DNA of 64,000 nucleotides from Antedon mediterranea. Lineage: Eukaryota > Animalia > Echinodermata. The notes under the pieces were generated by a model, which saw only the letters and a list, made by a program, of their open reading frames with translations, was not told the DNA's origin and made no database searches. Numbering within the stretch: position 1 is the first letter of the stretch; each line of letters starts with the position of its first letter. Below are positions 44,201-58,300 of the stretch, one piece after another. Location: the NCBI RefSeq assembly GCF_964355755.1, contig NC_092674.1, forward strand, positions 6,882,001 to 6,946,000, given 5' to 3'. The translations under genes were made by a program, and so were the position numbers.

Positions 44201-46343
44201 CACAGATGGTTCTCGAATACACAGTAATTCCAGGCATACCCACAATGTTTATATTGTTGTGACAGTGACTGTGTATACTAGAGTACACCAGTGTAACCCC
44301 ATTCCCATACTTGTCTCGAAAGATGTACTAGGTTCACATAATATGCACATGAGCTAGATATGTACACATCTGGAATATTTACAAATTTTCTTTTATTCGT
44401 AGGATGGACTAACAGCTTTATCCTCAGCTGCGAAGGAAGGACATGCAGATATAGTTGACTTGCTCTTGAATAAAGGCTCCTATGTTAACATCCAGGATAA
44501 GGTAAACATAGTAATTCAAACAACAACAAATATGAGCCACCAATGAGATGTTTTTTTATACAGTCAACTCTCTCAATACCGGACTCTCTGAAAACTGGAA
44601 ACTCTCCCAAAACCAGACTGTTCTCAAAGTACAAAAGGTCCTAAATTCATTTTTACCATTAAAAACACATTCTGAATACCAGACATATTTGGCCAGCCCA
44701 AAGGTGTCAAGTATTGGGAGAGTTATTGTATTTTCAAATGGATTGAATTGACAGAAATGGCCTTATCTTATGTATTCTCACGCAAGAGTTTAAATCATTA
44801 TAATTCAATTTTTCTCTATTAATTATATAGTCTTTAAATAAATTCCTCGGAAAAATGTAGTAAATATTTTGTATATTATTTCATTTTTCAGCATGACGAC
44901 ACTGTATTAATTCATGCTGTCAAGGGAAACCATATACAAGTGGTCAAGGTGCTATTGGTCAAGTATGCAGATGTTGATATAGCCGGAAATGTAAGTATTC
45001 AAAAAAGTCATCTATTACATTATAAATCCAAGGGTTTCCAAAACAGAAAAGGTTGCTTAGAATTTGCTTGACGGCCTATATACATATATATACATATTCA
45101 ATTTCTATTTATTTCCACAATATAATAACATATAATATCACAATAACATATTGATAAACTAGTACAGTGTAGTTATAGCAGATTCGAATCCCGCCAGAGA
45201 CATTTTTTCATACAAATAAAAATACGGAACTTTCGCCGATGACCTATGCTCAATGCGATTATGAGATCATGTTCCGGATATGAGCACTGTTTCAATAATT
45301 TGACAGTCATTATGTACATGCAGAGAATTTGGTCATGCTTACTTGCTCCCATTCTGGGGGCCTTTTTAGTCGCCTTAACACACAGTTATATGTACACTAT
45401 CTATGATTAACTAAAGAAGGTATGTTTGACGATTTTATCTACAATTATAAGATATAAATTTGATATAACATTAATTTTGTATTCATTATTGATAATTTAT
45501 ACTTATTTATATCAATAAAACGCCTTGAGTTAATTACTTAAAATTCTGTTTAATTTTTTTTTTTAATCGTTCCACTAGCAATTTCAGTACTCTTTTTATG
45601 GAAGTCAATACTGCGATTTTAAAACCATTAACGGATCCATTCTATTGATTTTTAGATTGTAAATGTCTTCCTTAAGTCAGAATTTATCTGAAAGACGATC
45701 CATTTAGCATGAATACTGTATATCCCTAGTTGCTGTAAATGTCAGCCTTTATTACCATGCATAGATTCATTCCGTATCTTTTTACACTGAATATATCTTA
45801 TATAATTACGGTATATAAATTTATCTTATCTGAGAACATTTTTAAGCAACAAATTGTTTAATTAATGTTCTTAATAGAAGTGTTCAGTGTATACTCATAT
45901 TGAGTTTTTAGCACATGAAGTTAATCATTACCAAATATAATCCCATGCTCAAATATATATAATCCCATGCTCAAATATATTCTGTTTGATAAACTAGGAA
46001 CAAGGTCAAGAGAGTTGGGTCATTCTTACATCTCTATTCCTCAACACATCTTTCATTGTTTCTAAAGCTCTGTCTACAAGTTTCAAACTAGTTTGACCAT
46101 GGAGTACTCCATGGTTTGACAAAAAAAGTGTGATGTGCCCAAATATAGTAGTGATATGTCCAAATATGGTAGTGATATGACATCATCATGTCCATATATA
46201 TAAGGTTGCAGGTTCGAATCCAGCCAGAGACATTTTTTCATACAACTAAAAAATACGGAACTTTCGCCAATGAGCTATGCTCGACGCAATTATGAGATCA
46301 TGTTCCGAATATGAGCACTGTTTCTATAATTTACAGTATGATT

Positions 46344-46375
<32 letters not shown>

Positions 46376-49300
46376 TCACATTCTTTTGTCACAAGTTTTA
46401 GTCTATAAAATGACCGATAACAATATGTAGGTCCTAGGTCTTCGGTTGTCAGAAATCAAAAGAGGGGATTTTGAGTGACCTCATAGGTCACATTAGTTTA
46501 TCCTATCAGATTAATATATAAGCCTTGATGTTTTATAAACTAGTTAAACAAAGGGAAAGTAATATGCTGAGAGACCACATTGTCATTTTTGAAAAATGTG
46601 CATGACATTTTGTCCTAAAAATGAGAAACAGGCATGATTTTGATATTTACAAAGATGTTAACCTAATTTTTTTTTTCAGGACAAAAGAACGGCTTTGTTT
46701 TGGGCTGTGGATAGAGGAAATCCTGACATTGTTGAGTTGTTGTTGGAATTTAACGCAGAGACTGAAATTTGTTCAAAGGTAAATGTATTAAATGTGTACA
46801 ATTTAAATTTGGACACTTACTATTGCCTGCCAACTCGCACGCATGAGTCTCCGGCAGGAGGACTAATTTGTTATGCCTTACACATACTCAATTAAAATTT
46901 CATTCATAAAAAAACATTTTTGTTTTTCATTGCCAAATGACAAAGCAGCAATTATAGTATTAAATATATTTTCTACAATTACTTTTAATTATTTGTTAGG
47001 ATGGAGAAGCGCCCTTGCTTCGTGCTACAAGGAATCGCAGCAGTGAAATAGTCCGTCTTTTATTGGACTACGATGCAAAAGTTTCGACCACCGATAAGGT
47101 ATTTCAATTTAATTTATTTTTTAGAAAATAAATTATGATTTAAACCTGAAATAATATTTTGTATACACTTTAAATTAAATTGTTTTCTTTGTTATGGTAG
47201 CGAGGAGACACCCCTCTACATCTGTCCATTCGCTTCCGAGATCGCCGGATATCTGAACTGCTATTACGCAACCCTAAAGATGGACGTCTACTGTACAAAC
47301 CAAATCGAGCTGGAGAGACACCCTACAACATTGATGCATCGCATCAAAAAGGAATCCTTACTCAGATCTTTGGTGCCAGTAAGTGTACTTTGTAACTTGT
47401 AATGCAACAATGTAATACAAAAAGAGTATATATGCTGTGCCCTTGGGCATGGTTTGTGGATTAATCCATTAATTATAGAGGGATGTCCAAGGAATATTAA
47501 TCTTTTCATATTATGGTACTCCCTTAAGAGGAGCACAGGCTATTGTTGGTTTAAACGGTAAAACGTTAACATCCAGAAAGAAGCATACATCTATGAAATT
47601 AGAATGATAAAATACTGTTTATTCACAATAGGCAGATTCACATAACCAATCAGATTTAAGGATTAGTTAGTGTTAGAAACATTTTGTTAGATACAATCAA
47701 CCAATCAAATGTTGTATCATAAATTTACCTGATGAGTTCATGGCACATAATTAGTAACAGGTGTTTACTCATAATGAGACCCTAGGGTGATGTCACATGA
47801 TCTCGTAAAACGTTCACAACATTAATTCAGTGTAATAATTAGGTCGATTGCATACCATTTTAATGAATATCCAGGGATCAATTAAATAGTAACATTAATA
47901 ACATTCAGAAATTATTATAATGGTTATACTGTTGTTATTGGTGGTAATTAATATGCAAATTAGGTTAGATATGTGCATATAGATTATTAGGTCAACACAT
48001 AACACACATGGGGAAAGATTTCATTCCAGCATGTGTGATTGTAATTTCTGATGATGACATTTTGAATGTCGAAATATTGAATGCTACCATGACATGAATT
48101 TCAGCTTGGAGTACAGTAGTGAATAAAGCTAATAAGTGACCCTTTTCTCTTCTTGATTTTCATTATTAATGATATATCGCAATCTGTAACAAATAGGTCT
48201 TGCTGTATATATGTTGATGACATTATTGAAATATTGAATGCTACCATGACATGAATTTCAGCTTGGAGTACAGTAGTGAATAAAGCTAATAAGTGACCCT
48301 TTTCTCTTCTTGATTTTCATTATTAATGATATATCGCAATCTGTAACAAATAGGTCTTGCTGTATATATGTTGATGACATTATCGAAATATTGAGTGCTA
48401 CCATGACATGAATTTCAGCTGGAGTACAGCAGTTAATAAAGCTAATAGGTGGACCGTTATATTTTTTACAGTACTGTAATATGAATATATTAGTATAAAG
48501 ATGGTAATTGAGTGTGCTAATCACCCAAATTAGGTTAGATATGCGCATATACAATTAGAGTTACTGTATTTTAAAATTGTAAATAAATTGATTGAATTTA
48601 CAGTGAATTTTGACTGAAAGTTCATTCAGTCACTGCAACATTATATTACCTTTTGGGGGAAAAAGCATAATTTGTTTAAAAAAAAGAATTCTCCCTAAAG
48701 GTTGAACTTGGAAAAGGTTCTATTACAGCTACAATATAACACAAAATGAGGCCAGTTCATATATAATGATATAAAGGGCCTGTTCATTAAACAACAGCTT
48801 CCTAAAGTCTGGCCTATTTCACAAACAGCTGGCCCATTTCATACCTCATTGGAGAAATTTCTCTGCTAAATAATTGTTCCCCTCACTACGTATTCACTCG
48901 CAAAGTGTTGAATTTGTCTCGACTCCCTGTTAGTGTTACATTTTAATATTGCATGCACAGGCATCTGTAGTGTGTTATTAGATTTGAACGTTAAGGAGAT
49001 CGTTATTTACGAGGAGTTTGTCATAAATGATTGTAGCATGTATTCTAGCATACATATACTGGTTTGAACTGTATAAGCAAGTTTAACAATTTTGTTACAT
49101 TTTGATATGCAGACAAAAGAAATTGCTTAATCATTGTTAAGGGGGTACCTTTGGGACACACCAAAATGTTATTAGGGGTGTCCCCTAAACAGGGGTTGGC
49201 CGTAGTGTTAAAGTATATATTACATCTTGTTTTTTCTAAAAGAAAATTTCCCATTAATACAGATGTCCCAAAGGAGGAGTTCTACTGTGTATATAATTTT

Positions 49301-52300
49301 GAGATAACATTTTTTTAATGTTAGCATATAATACTAGTTCAGGTATATGTCCACCTTTCAAATCCTTAATTAAAGCCAAATTATGCTTAGGGATATTGTG
49401 CCAATGCATTTATATTTACAGTAGTCCTTGATAGAATTATGTCTGAGACTGTAATCATAATTCCAATCCAACCAAAATAAAAGTGATATAAATTTTTAAT
49501 TAAATGAATAAAATAATATTAACACATATATTGTCAATCATATCTTTACTGTTTGTTTATTTGCTTTTCTAGTTTGATATAGGAAATTTGTAAATTTGTA
49601 TTTTCTAATATAGGCATATGTAAAACAGTATTTGATATTAAACTATTTCTATCTTTGCAGAGAGCTTCACTCCGGGAGAAGACATCCAGGGTGAGCTGAG
49701 CGAGTTATATTGCAGCTCATTGGCCGATATGCTCAGTGAACCCACATTATCTCCACCAATCACAGTTGGGCTTTATGCACGATGGGGTAGTGGCAAGTGT
49801 TATGTGCTAAAGAAACTTCAAGGTAAATGTCCATACCCAAAGAGGATGACGACAGCTGTAGAGCTTTGTTTACACTATTAAACTTTTTGTGACAACAAAA
49901 TGTGATATACCCATATATGGAGAAGATAATGAATACCATATTTGAGCATATCACTACCATATTTGGGTACATCACACCTTTTTTGTCATCATCCTTCGAA
50001 TGAGTATAGTCATTGGTCTAAATAAAGAATAATAATAATGGTAGTCCTATATAGCACCTAATATAATGTTACTAAGCGCTTTACACACAAGATAAACAAA
50101 AACAGCAGAGGAACCATTTACACCACTCCAACACTTAAGAAAAAGTAAAGAATTGTCATTTGCCTGTACTGTGCTCTATGGAAGAGATCAGCCGACATTA
50201 GAAAACTTTAAGCATTTATCCTGCTCTTTTAAATTGGTTGAATGTCTTATAAGGTATGGTATGGAAGAATAATATATTTACTTGTTTATCTTACTGCAGA
50301 GGAATTAAAACAATATGCATCACAGAGTTTGATACCTCTGCTACAGCTGACATGGGCAATGTTTGGAGTTATTCTGTGTTTGTCGGGCTTTTTAGGTGTC
50401 ATACTCTTTGTCGTGGCATCCGTTTTAGCAGCTAAGCCAGGCACTCCAACTCCTCCACCTGTACCATTGGACACGGACGACGTAGCTTCTGGGCCTATGT
50501 CACCTCTCAAAATTGCAATCGTTGGCGGATCTGTTTTTTTGGCAGTACTATATATATTTCTATGTAAGTGATAACCAATATATAACTGCCCTTTCACTTA
50601 AAGCCAGTTTTTTTTGTACTGGGTTTTATTTGTTTCTTTATTTAGAAAACGTCAGAAAAGTTGTGTTGAATTAGTATATTTTCTGTCTCTACCATCGGGG
50701 ATGTACTGTAGCTGAATTAGTCAGTGGGTGACAACAAGTTAAGGGTGGGTGGGTAAGTTAGGTATCCAAAAGTTTCCTGGATGGGTGCTGTATTGAAATT
50801 AGGCTTGGTATATCTTAAGCTTCTGTCTACACCATCAAACCTTATGTGACAACAAAATGTGATGTTCTCATATATGAATATGATTATGTCATATCACTAC
50901 CATATTTGGGCATATCACACTAGTTTGATAGTGTAGACGGAGCTTTTAATAGGACGCCTTAAAATGAGCTTTAATTGGGTGAAAGACTTTGAAAGTAGGT
51001 AGGCTACCCACCTCTGTCCTAACAGATGCAGATTCAAGGGGAGCCTAGTCAATCCAGCAGTGAGTTATTATATGCTTGTAACATGGAGGTAGATCGTAAA
51101 GTAAAGATATTTTTTTCTCTTTGCAGTTTTCATAAAATTTAGTAGTCGTAAGAAGTGGCATTTTGCATTGGCAATAAGTTCATGGCTAGCTAGTTGGATT
51201 AATTATATAGAATTATTGTTGAAGATATCTTACTTGTATCCACCCTCTGCTCCACCTCAAACTAACAAAGCATTGCCAATCAGGTAAGTTTCGCTCTTTT
51301 TTTGTGTAACATTTCATACGCATCCAACAACGAGCACAAACTCGCGAATTACAGGATGGATAAACTATTTTTTATCATGCTTATAATCTAAGTCTCATTT
51401 GAGGCTTAGGGAGTGGAGTTGAAAGAATCTTGAGTTACAACCCTGGCACAGGTCAGAATTGAATCCTGGACCCAGAGACTTGAAGCCAAGCATGTTAACC
51501 ACCAAGCTACAGCTCCATTAAATATCTAATTAAATTTTGTTTTAATGTACTGCAGATAACCACAGTTCCAGAGAGCACGACTTGTGCCAAATTAGAAGTT
51601 ACCATAAAAGTAGATAAAGTATGGCAAAATGAAAAATTCATTTTGTAGATACCTTTTGAAAACCTTTTACCAGTTGTGATTTCATCCACAAAAATAGTGA
51701 CAGATTTAATTATTTCTAATTCATTTAAATAACTAATTATTTCAATATGTAAATTTGTTTAACTGAAAGATTTGTTTTTGCGGACCGCTTGAGACTAACA
51801 AATATTGGAGGTGAGACACCGTTGGCTCGTACTGTTGGTACGTTGTGCTCGGCCGTGGAAAAGGAATTTGGATTTATTGCTTCTCGTCTTGCTCGTGTTT
51901 TACGAACAAAAGTAGAGGAAGGTTGGTTTAAAGAAATTTGCTAGTTTTAATATCAATATCAACATCATCAATAACTTTTTCATCTTTGATATTCATAGAA
52001 AATAATACATTGTTATATTATTATTTTTATGATAAAACTGTTTTTCCTGTTTGCAGATAAATATGGTTATAAATGGAGATGTTGTGTTCCTCAATTTGCA
52101 CTATCTGTTGCCATCTTTATTTGTTTTATTGTGTCAGCCATTTTGTTGGCACAATATCAATTTACAAACACAAAAATTAACATTGTAGTATACATTTTAC
52201 TTGGCTTAGTTGCTGTTGCAATTCTTGTCAACTTGCCCGTTATCATGCGCTTTATATTTGCACTCTCGCAATCTCCTAAGACCCGTGTTTTGCGGTCGGC

Positions 52301-55300
52301 CAAGAAAGCCGACAAAAGGAAAACAAAAGCATTTTTACGTGTTTTGAAAAACGAGGTAGAACTTCTATCGCAGATGATCAAAAGCATTGACGCATTTCTT
52401 GGAACTCAGACACGTTTGGTTGTTATCGTGGACGGTTTGGACAGCTGTGAGCAGGAACATGTTTTACGTGTATTAGACTCTGTGCATTCGCTTTTTAACG
52501 GAACAGACAGTCCTTACATAACAATACTGGCGTTAGATCCTTATATTATAACAAAAGCCATAGATCAAAATCTTCATGAAGTCTTCAAAGAGACTAATAT
52601 TAACGGGCACGATTACTTGCGCAACATCGTGCACCTTCCATTTTACTTGCAAGCAGGTATACAATTGCAGGAGAATCAACAAATAGCTGCTGTCCCCACA
52701 ACAAATATGCTGCCATCCTCCGTAAGTATATTGTTTTTATTTTCTTCAATATTCTTCGGAAATAACTTTCCTCTATTTTAAAAGTAAGTCAACTCTTCAA
52801 TCAACATTTTTAATTAGCTGGTTTAAAAAAAATGTTTGGAGTGAACCTATCAATCTGGTTAACTGCCTGTTGTGAACCATGTAAAAAGATCACATCCAAC
52901 AAGAAAACCATGTACAAAGATCACATCCAACAAGAGAACCTTACTTTTAGTGGTTATTTTTTACTGGAAAACCTTTTCTTCAAATCTACTGTATTGTTTA
53001 AAAAAAATCAGGAAACCCATCAAAAAAATTTAATAATAAATAATAATTAAACTGTATGTATGAACTACAGTATAGTTCAATATAGCAGAGCCAAAGAAAT
53101 TATTTTTTTTTTGAGAAATGATAATTATTTTAAGAATACAAATTTATTAAATATATTATATTAGTGTTTTTGCTTGTGCCTGGAATAGATCCTTATCACA
53201 TAGAAAAGTAAATGTTTTTATGTTGTAGTTCCTTCCTTTCATTGTAGAGACTTTTCGATTGTAAATCTTCAAGAACTGTTAAACAACATGTATTACAATT
53301 ATCTGCACATGCTTACAAATCAATTGGCGTTGTGGTAGCTTGCGCAACAATTGCAATGTGATGATAACACAATGCTGGTGGTTTTACAGCAGAAGTTTGC
53401 AACTGCTCTTTGTTGATTTCTAAAGTACTGTCTACACTATCAAACTAGTTGGACAAAAAAGTGTGATGTGCCTAAATATGGTAGTGATATGCCCAAATAT
53501 GGTAGTGATATGATATCATGTCCATATAAGGGCACATCACAGTGTAGACAGGGTTTAACCTTGAAAACTTTATGGTTGAAACGTCTCTATTGTTGCATTG
53601 ATAACCAGAAAACAATGTTATGTATTGTTCATCTGTACATAGTGTATTATAGATCATATTAGTGTGTAGTGTATGTATTGTATATACATCATTTTATTGT
53701 ATAGTGTACATTGTAGTTTTCATGTATTTTGAGAGAATGTATTTATGTAGTAAAAGTATTCTGTCTTTTAGTTTGAGTTTTTCACATCATTTTGGGTTAT
53801 TTTATCAATTTCATTTGAATACAGCACACACTGAATATGCAGTTTATTGTGACCACTCTCATCCATGTCCTCATGCAGACACACCCATACATCTACCACA
53901 CCCCTTTCTCATGCAGACACGCCCACACATCTAGCACACCCATCGTGTTCCCACTCCTTTTGGCGTCAGGGTATATGTATTAGGTTTACATTTATTCGTT
54001 AAAACATTTTATTTATTCTGAGATTACCAACTTGCCTTGACAGCTCTATACCATCAAAGAAGAAAATGAGGTTAAGTCACAAGAACGACCTGTCCTTCAA
54101 CGGCAAAAAGTGCTACAGTCGGTACTTATAACCCTTAATACGCCGTTTCACTTGTGCAGGGCATTGTGGGATGTCTTACTCATACTTTCATTTTTTCACC
54201 ACAGCTACGCTAACAAAATAAACTATTAGATGTTTACTATAACTGATACTACTACTACTGCATGCTTTTAATTTGACTAATGTACTTTTTCGTTAGCATA
54301 TAATAATCAGTTTGAGGTCAAAGGTTGTGTCCCTTTACTACCGTGACATCTAAAAGTGAATTCTTAGGCGTATTCAATTGTTGAATTACGAGACCCTCAA
54401 ACTACTTGCAAAAGATAACACGCACAGCTCAGAGAGAACAGCGAAGGACGAGGAGCTAGATCTCTTTAAAACAGACTAGTTGGATAAAAAAATATTCTTT
54501 TGGGGTGTAGTGATGTAAGAGGATTTAGTAATTGTAGCTTGGTGTACATTTAGCTTAGTTAGTTGTTAAGAGCAAGAGGATAACTAAAATCTTTCCAGAT
54601 CTGTAATCTACAGTAGGGCTATCCATCAGAATGAGTATGATTTGTCACATGAGGGACAATCATTAAATAAGAAATCCTCAAATTTTCCTCTAAATATAGT
54701 CTGATGATGATGATGATGATGAAACAGGTAACCTTTGACCTCAAAATGTATTTCCAGTTTGCACAGTTTTCTTTTAATAATCATTTTATGTTGGGTACGT
54801 ATAGGGTATATTAACATTCACAAAGGTAAATATATCACGTACAGTTTATTTCTCTGTGATTTCCTATTGCACAATACTAATACGCATGCACTAGTATATT
54901 GTCATCATGGAGATAAAAATTAATTATTTTTTACCTCCATATTGTTCAGTAATTTCCATCAATGCAGTGTACATAGTTTGCAGTATTTTTATCTTTTTTA
55001 TCATAATTAAACAAATGTTTTTTTATGATTCTAGAACGGATCTAACCCACCTTCACCCGATGCTGTTCGAGCTAATGGATCAAAGCGCCCCCGAATGTCT
55101 TCCGTAAATCAATCCTCTGTCACCAACACACGCGATGTCTCCAAATTGTTAATGTCGGACGAGCAGTTTAGCGATTTAAGTCCGCGTAGTATGAGACGTC
55201 TTCTTAATATTGTGTCTGTTACTGGTAAGTATAACATTTGTAACAACTGTATTAAGCTCTGTCTACACTATCAAACTGGCTTGACAAATGATGTGCCCAA

Positions 55301-58300
55301 ATATGGTAGTGATATGACATCATCATGTCCATATATGGGCACATCACATTTTTTTTTTTACATAAAATTTGTAGTTGTAGTCATGGTGTCTTGGGAAACA
55401 ATTTATATGTGTTTTTTTTTTTATTCTATAAATTTCATTTATTTCCTGGTAACACTTTGGGTGAGTCAGGTGTATCAGCCTTTGGTGTCTTCTGACTCAT
55501 GGTCCCACAGGATAGTCAGCCTGGTTCAATGTATTTTCTGGTATCAACTTGTGAACCTCAACATGTAGTTGAGACACCTAGTTCAATTGAAATAGTTCTT
55601 CCATTCTACTGGTGGAATGAAGTGAATGTTTGATTCTTCTGATAATCACTTTGAAACTCAAACGAAGCTATACTGGGAATGAGTGCAATGACAGCTGCCT
55701 CCTCCCAAGTACACCCCCTCTACCCAAAGTCACCTCCCTCCTCAAACTCACTCTTCTTCACAAAGTCACCACTCCCCAAAAAGTCACCACTCCCCACAAA
55801 CTCACCCCTCCCCACAAATTCACCCCTCCCCACAAACTCACACTCCCCACAAACTCACCCCTCCCCACAAACTCACCACTCCCAACAAACTCACCACTCC
55901 CCACAAACTCACCCTCCCCGCAATCTCACCCCTCCCCACAAACTCACCACTCCCAACAAACTCAGACTAGGAGAACCTCAAACCTATTGTGCTGCTTAGC
56001 CGCTCTTAATTCTTCCAATCAAGACATTTGTTGTCCGGATAAACACACAATATAGGTAGTTGTGAAATGAACATGTAAAATTCTTGTTTTACTTTTTCTA
56101 GGCCGGTTGTTACGAGCTCATGGGATTGAATTCAAGTGGCAGAAGCTAGCTAGTTGGGTGAACATGACAGAGCGATGGCCATACCGTACATCATGGCTTG
56201 TTGTTGTTTACCTCTACAATGAGACATCCAACGATGATGAGCTTCCTCTACAAAACCTCTATGAAAAGTAAATTTTTGTTTGTTTTTATTGTTTTTCTGC
56301 ACACACATTTCCAATTCGAGAAACAAAATTACACTAGTTGTTAATGTGCGGAAGAAGGACAAAATAAATTTGCAAACTTCTACAATGTTTCTAGGATTAC
56401 CTTACATCTCCAGTGGCCGTATCTGCCATTCACTCATAGGCTATTTAGGGAAACAACCTTCAAATTGAAATATTCTCTTATCTTAATGAATACCACTTAA
56501 AATATTTATTCACTGACTTAAGTGAAATACGTAGTGTAGTGTGATTGGGGAATACAGCCACAAGGATTCGTGATTCCATAAAGTGATATTCTTACCTATA
56601 GTTTGAATTGAAATTCTTTGAACATTCAAATACCTTTTACTTTATATTTGTAGGTACGTTGACTTTATGCCATCATCAGTAGAAATTGAGCCTAAACTTG
56701 ATTTGGACCAAGACCTCCGTAACTTCCAGCTGTACCTTAGCAAGCAAACCACAAAGCTTACCATTGAAGACATCAGGAAATTTCTGCCATGTTCCTGTAG
56801 TCTGGACCCACAACTACGCAAGCACATAAGAGGTAAGTAGTATTAGAGTAGAACCCCTCCTATGGGACACCACTATTCAGGAGACACCTATTAAGGGGAC
56901 ATTTTCTTATGAAATGAACAAGGAGAAATATATTATTTTAGCCCTACGGCCTATTTTATTCATTGGAAATTAACAATGGGCAAAATATATTTTAGCACTA
57001 TGGCCTACCTCATTCATGAAAAACCCCTATTTATTAAGGGGAAATTTTCCTATAAATGAAATGAACAAGGAAAATGTAATGTTTATTTTTCTTCTTTTTT
57101 TTCTAAAGATACAATCGATAATACACATACTGGGTCTGCTCACACGTTGTCCACCATTGCACGTCCAAATAGCTTCATTCCTAGCTACGTCGGTCGTGAG
57201 TCTCCAGGCGTGTCGTTACATTCAGCGATCAGCGAGACTGCACGTAAACTGAACTATACAATGAACGTGCAGAATCCGTTTCAGAAACGAGTAAGTTTGA
57301 TAAATGCATAAATTACTTTATTCTTTATATGTATTTTTTTTTCAACTTAAAGATTTTGATGTTCAGTGACATTCCACAGAGACTAATTGAATCCCTAATT
57401 AAACTGATTGTTTTGCCAAATTAAATTAAACTATTATAGTTATTTTTTCAAACAGGGAAGTGGTACCATATAATATTAATAATCTGTCAAATATAGATAT
57501 CAAAAAGTAGTTCATAATTCAATTATAGCTGTCAAAAGAGAGATAGCGTGCCCCAAACACTATTCCTGGATCTGTACTTGTTAACACATGCTACTGTAAA
57601 TGTTGTTACATATTTAGACAGAATTCTTGGTTGTCATGAATTACAGTAAATGTTTGATTTACTTCTCTGAAGAGTTGAACTATCTTGTCTTTATATTGGC
57701 CTACTTTGACTAAATTAGGAAATGACGCGTTATGTGTCACTCCACATTATATCAGTTGCAAAATGCAATACATTTTAAAAATCCTAATCAAGTTAGATAG
57801 ATTTTCCTTTTTTATCATTAAAGATCCTAATCCTTAAGTTTCTATCTCTCTCTGTTATGTTCTTAGTTGACCAAGCAGCATTTTTATTTTTTTCTGGAAA
57901 ATATTATACATGAAACGCAATGTGTGCTAAAATATGTTAAATGTTACCAATATTAAGTCAAATAGCTGTCTAGAACCTAGACTAAGTCTACACTAGTAAA
58001 CTTTTGTTTGCAAACTCTGAGATTGCTGTTAGCAGAAGGTTGCTCTTAAGGGTCTTTCAGACTTGTTCCTGCACGGTTCCAGTCTGGTGCCAGCAAATCA
58101 AATCAATGTTGCGTTTTCATGCGGTTACGCGCATTTAGGTTGGTGCATAGCTGTGTGGAGCATCGTGAAAACAAAACATTGATGTTCAATTCGCTGGACC
58201 GGAACCTTCCGGACCAGGTGCGACAGACCCTTTACAGTCCATCCAGGGGTTACATGGCTTCCTGTAGTCATATGAACCTCAGCCTCTGGTGGTAAGTACA

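Noticed and set aside
52029-52781. Stand-alone prokaryote-like KAP NTPase (anti-phage type)
   Set aside because: Bounded by splice sites; Walker A is in another exon; part of the metazoan gene
55630-56055. Pro/Thr-rich ORFs of 141 and 106 aa
   Set aside because: Translation of an 18-bp minisatellite; not needed for the exon 19-20 join, which restores the conserved VSVTGRLLRA
58061-58291. Extra exon between exons 22 and 23 (tttcag| ... GTG|gtaagt)
   Set aside because: Lies inside a TIR element and has an in-frame TAG in phase 0; at most a cryptic poison exon
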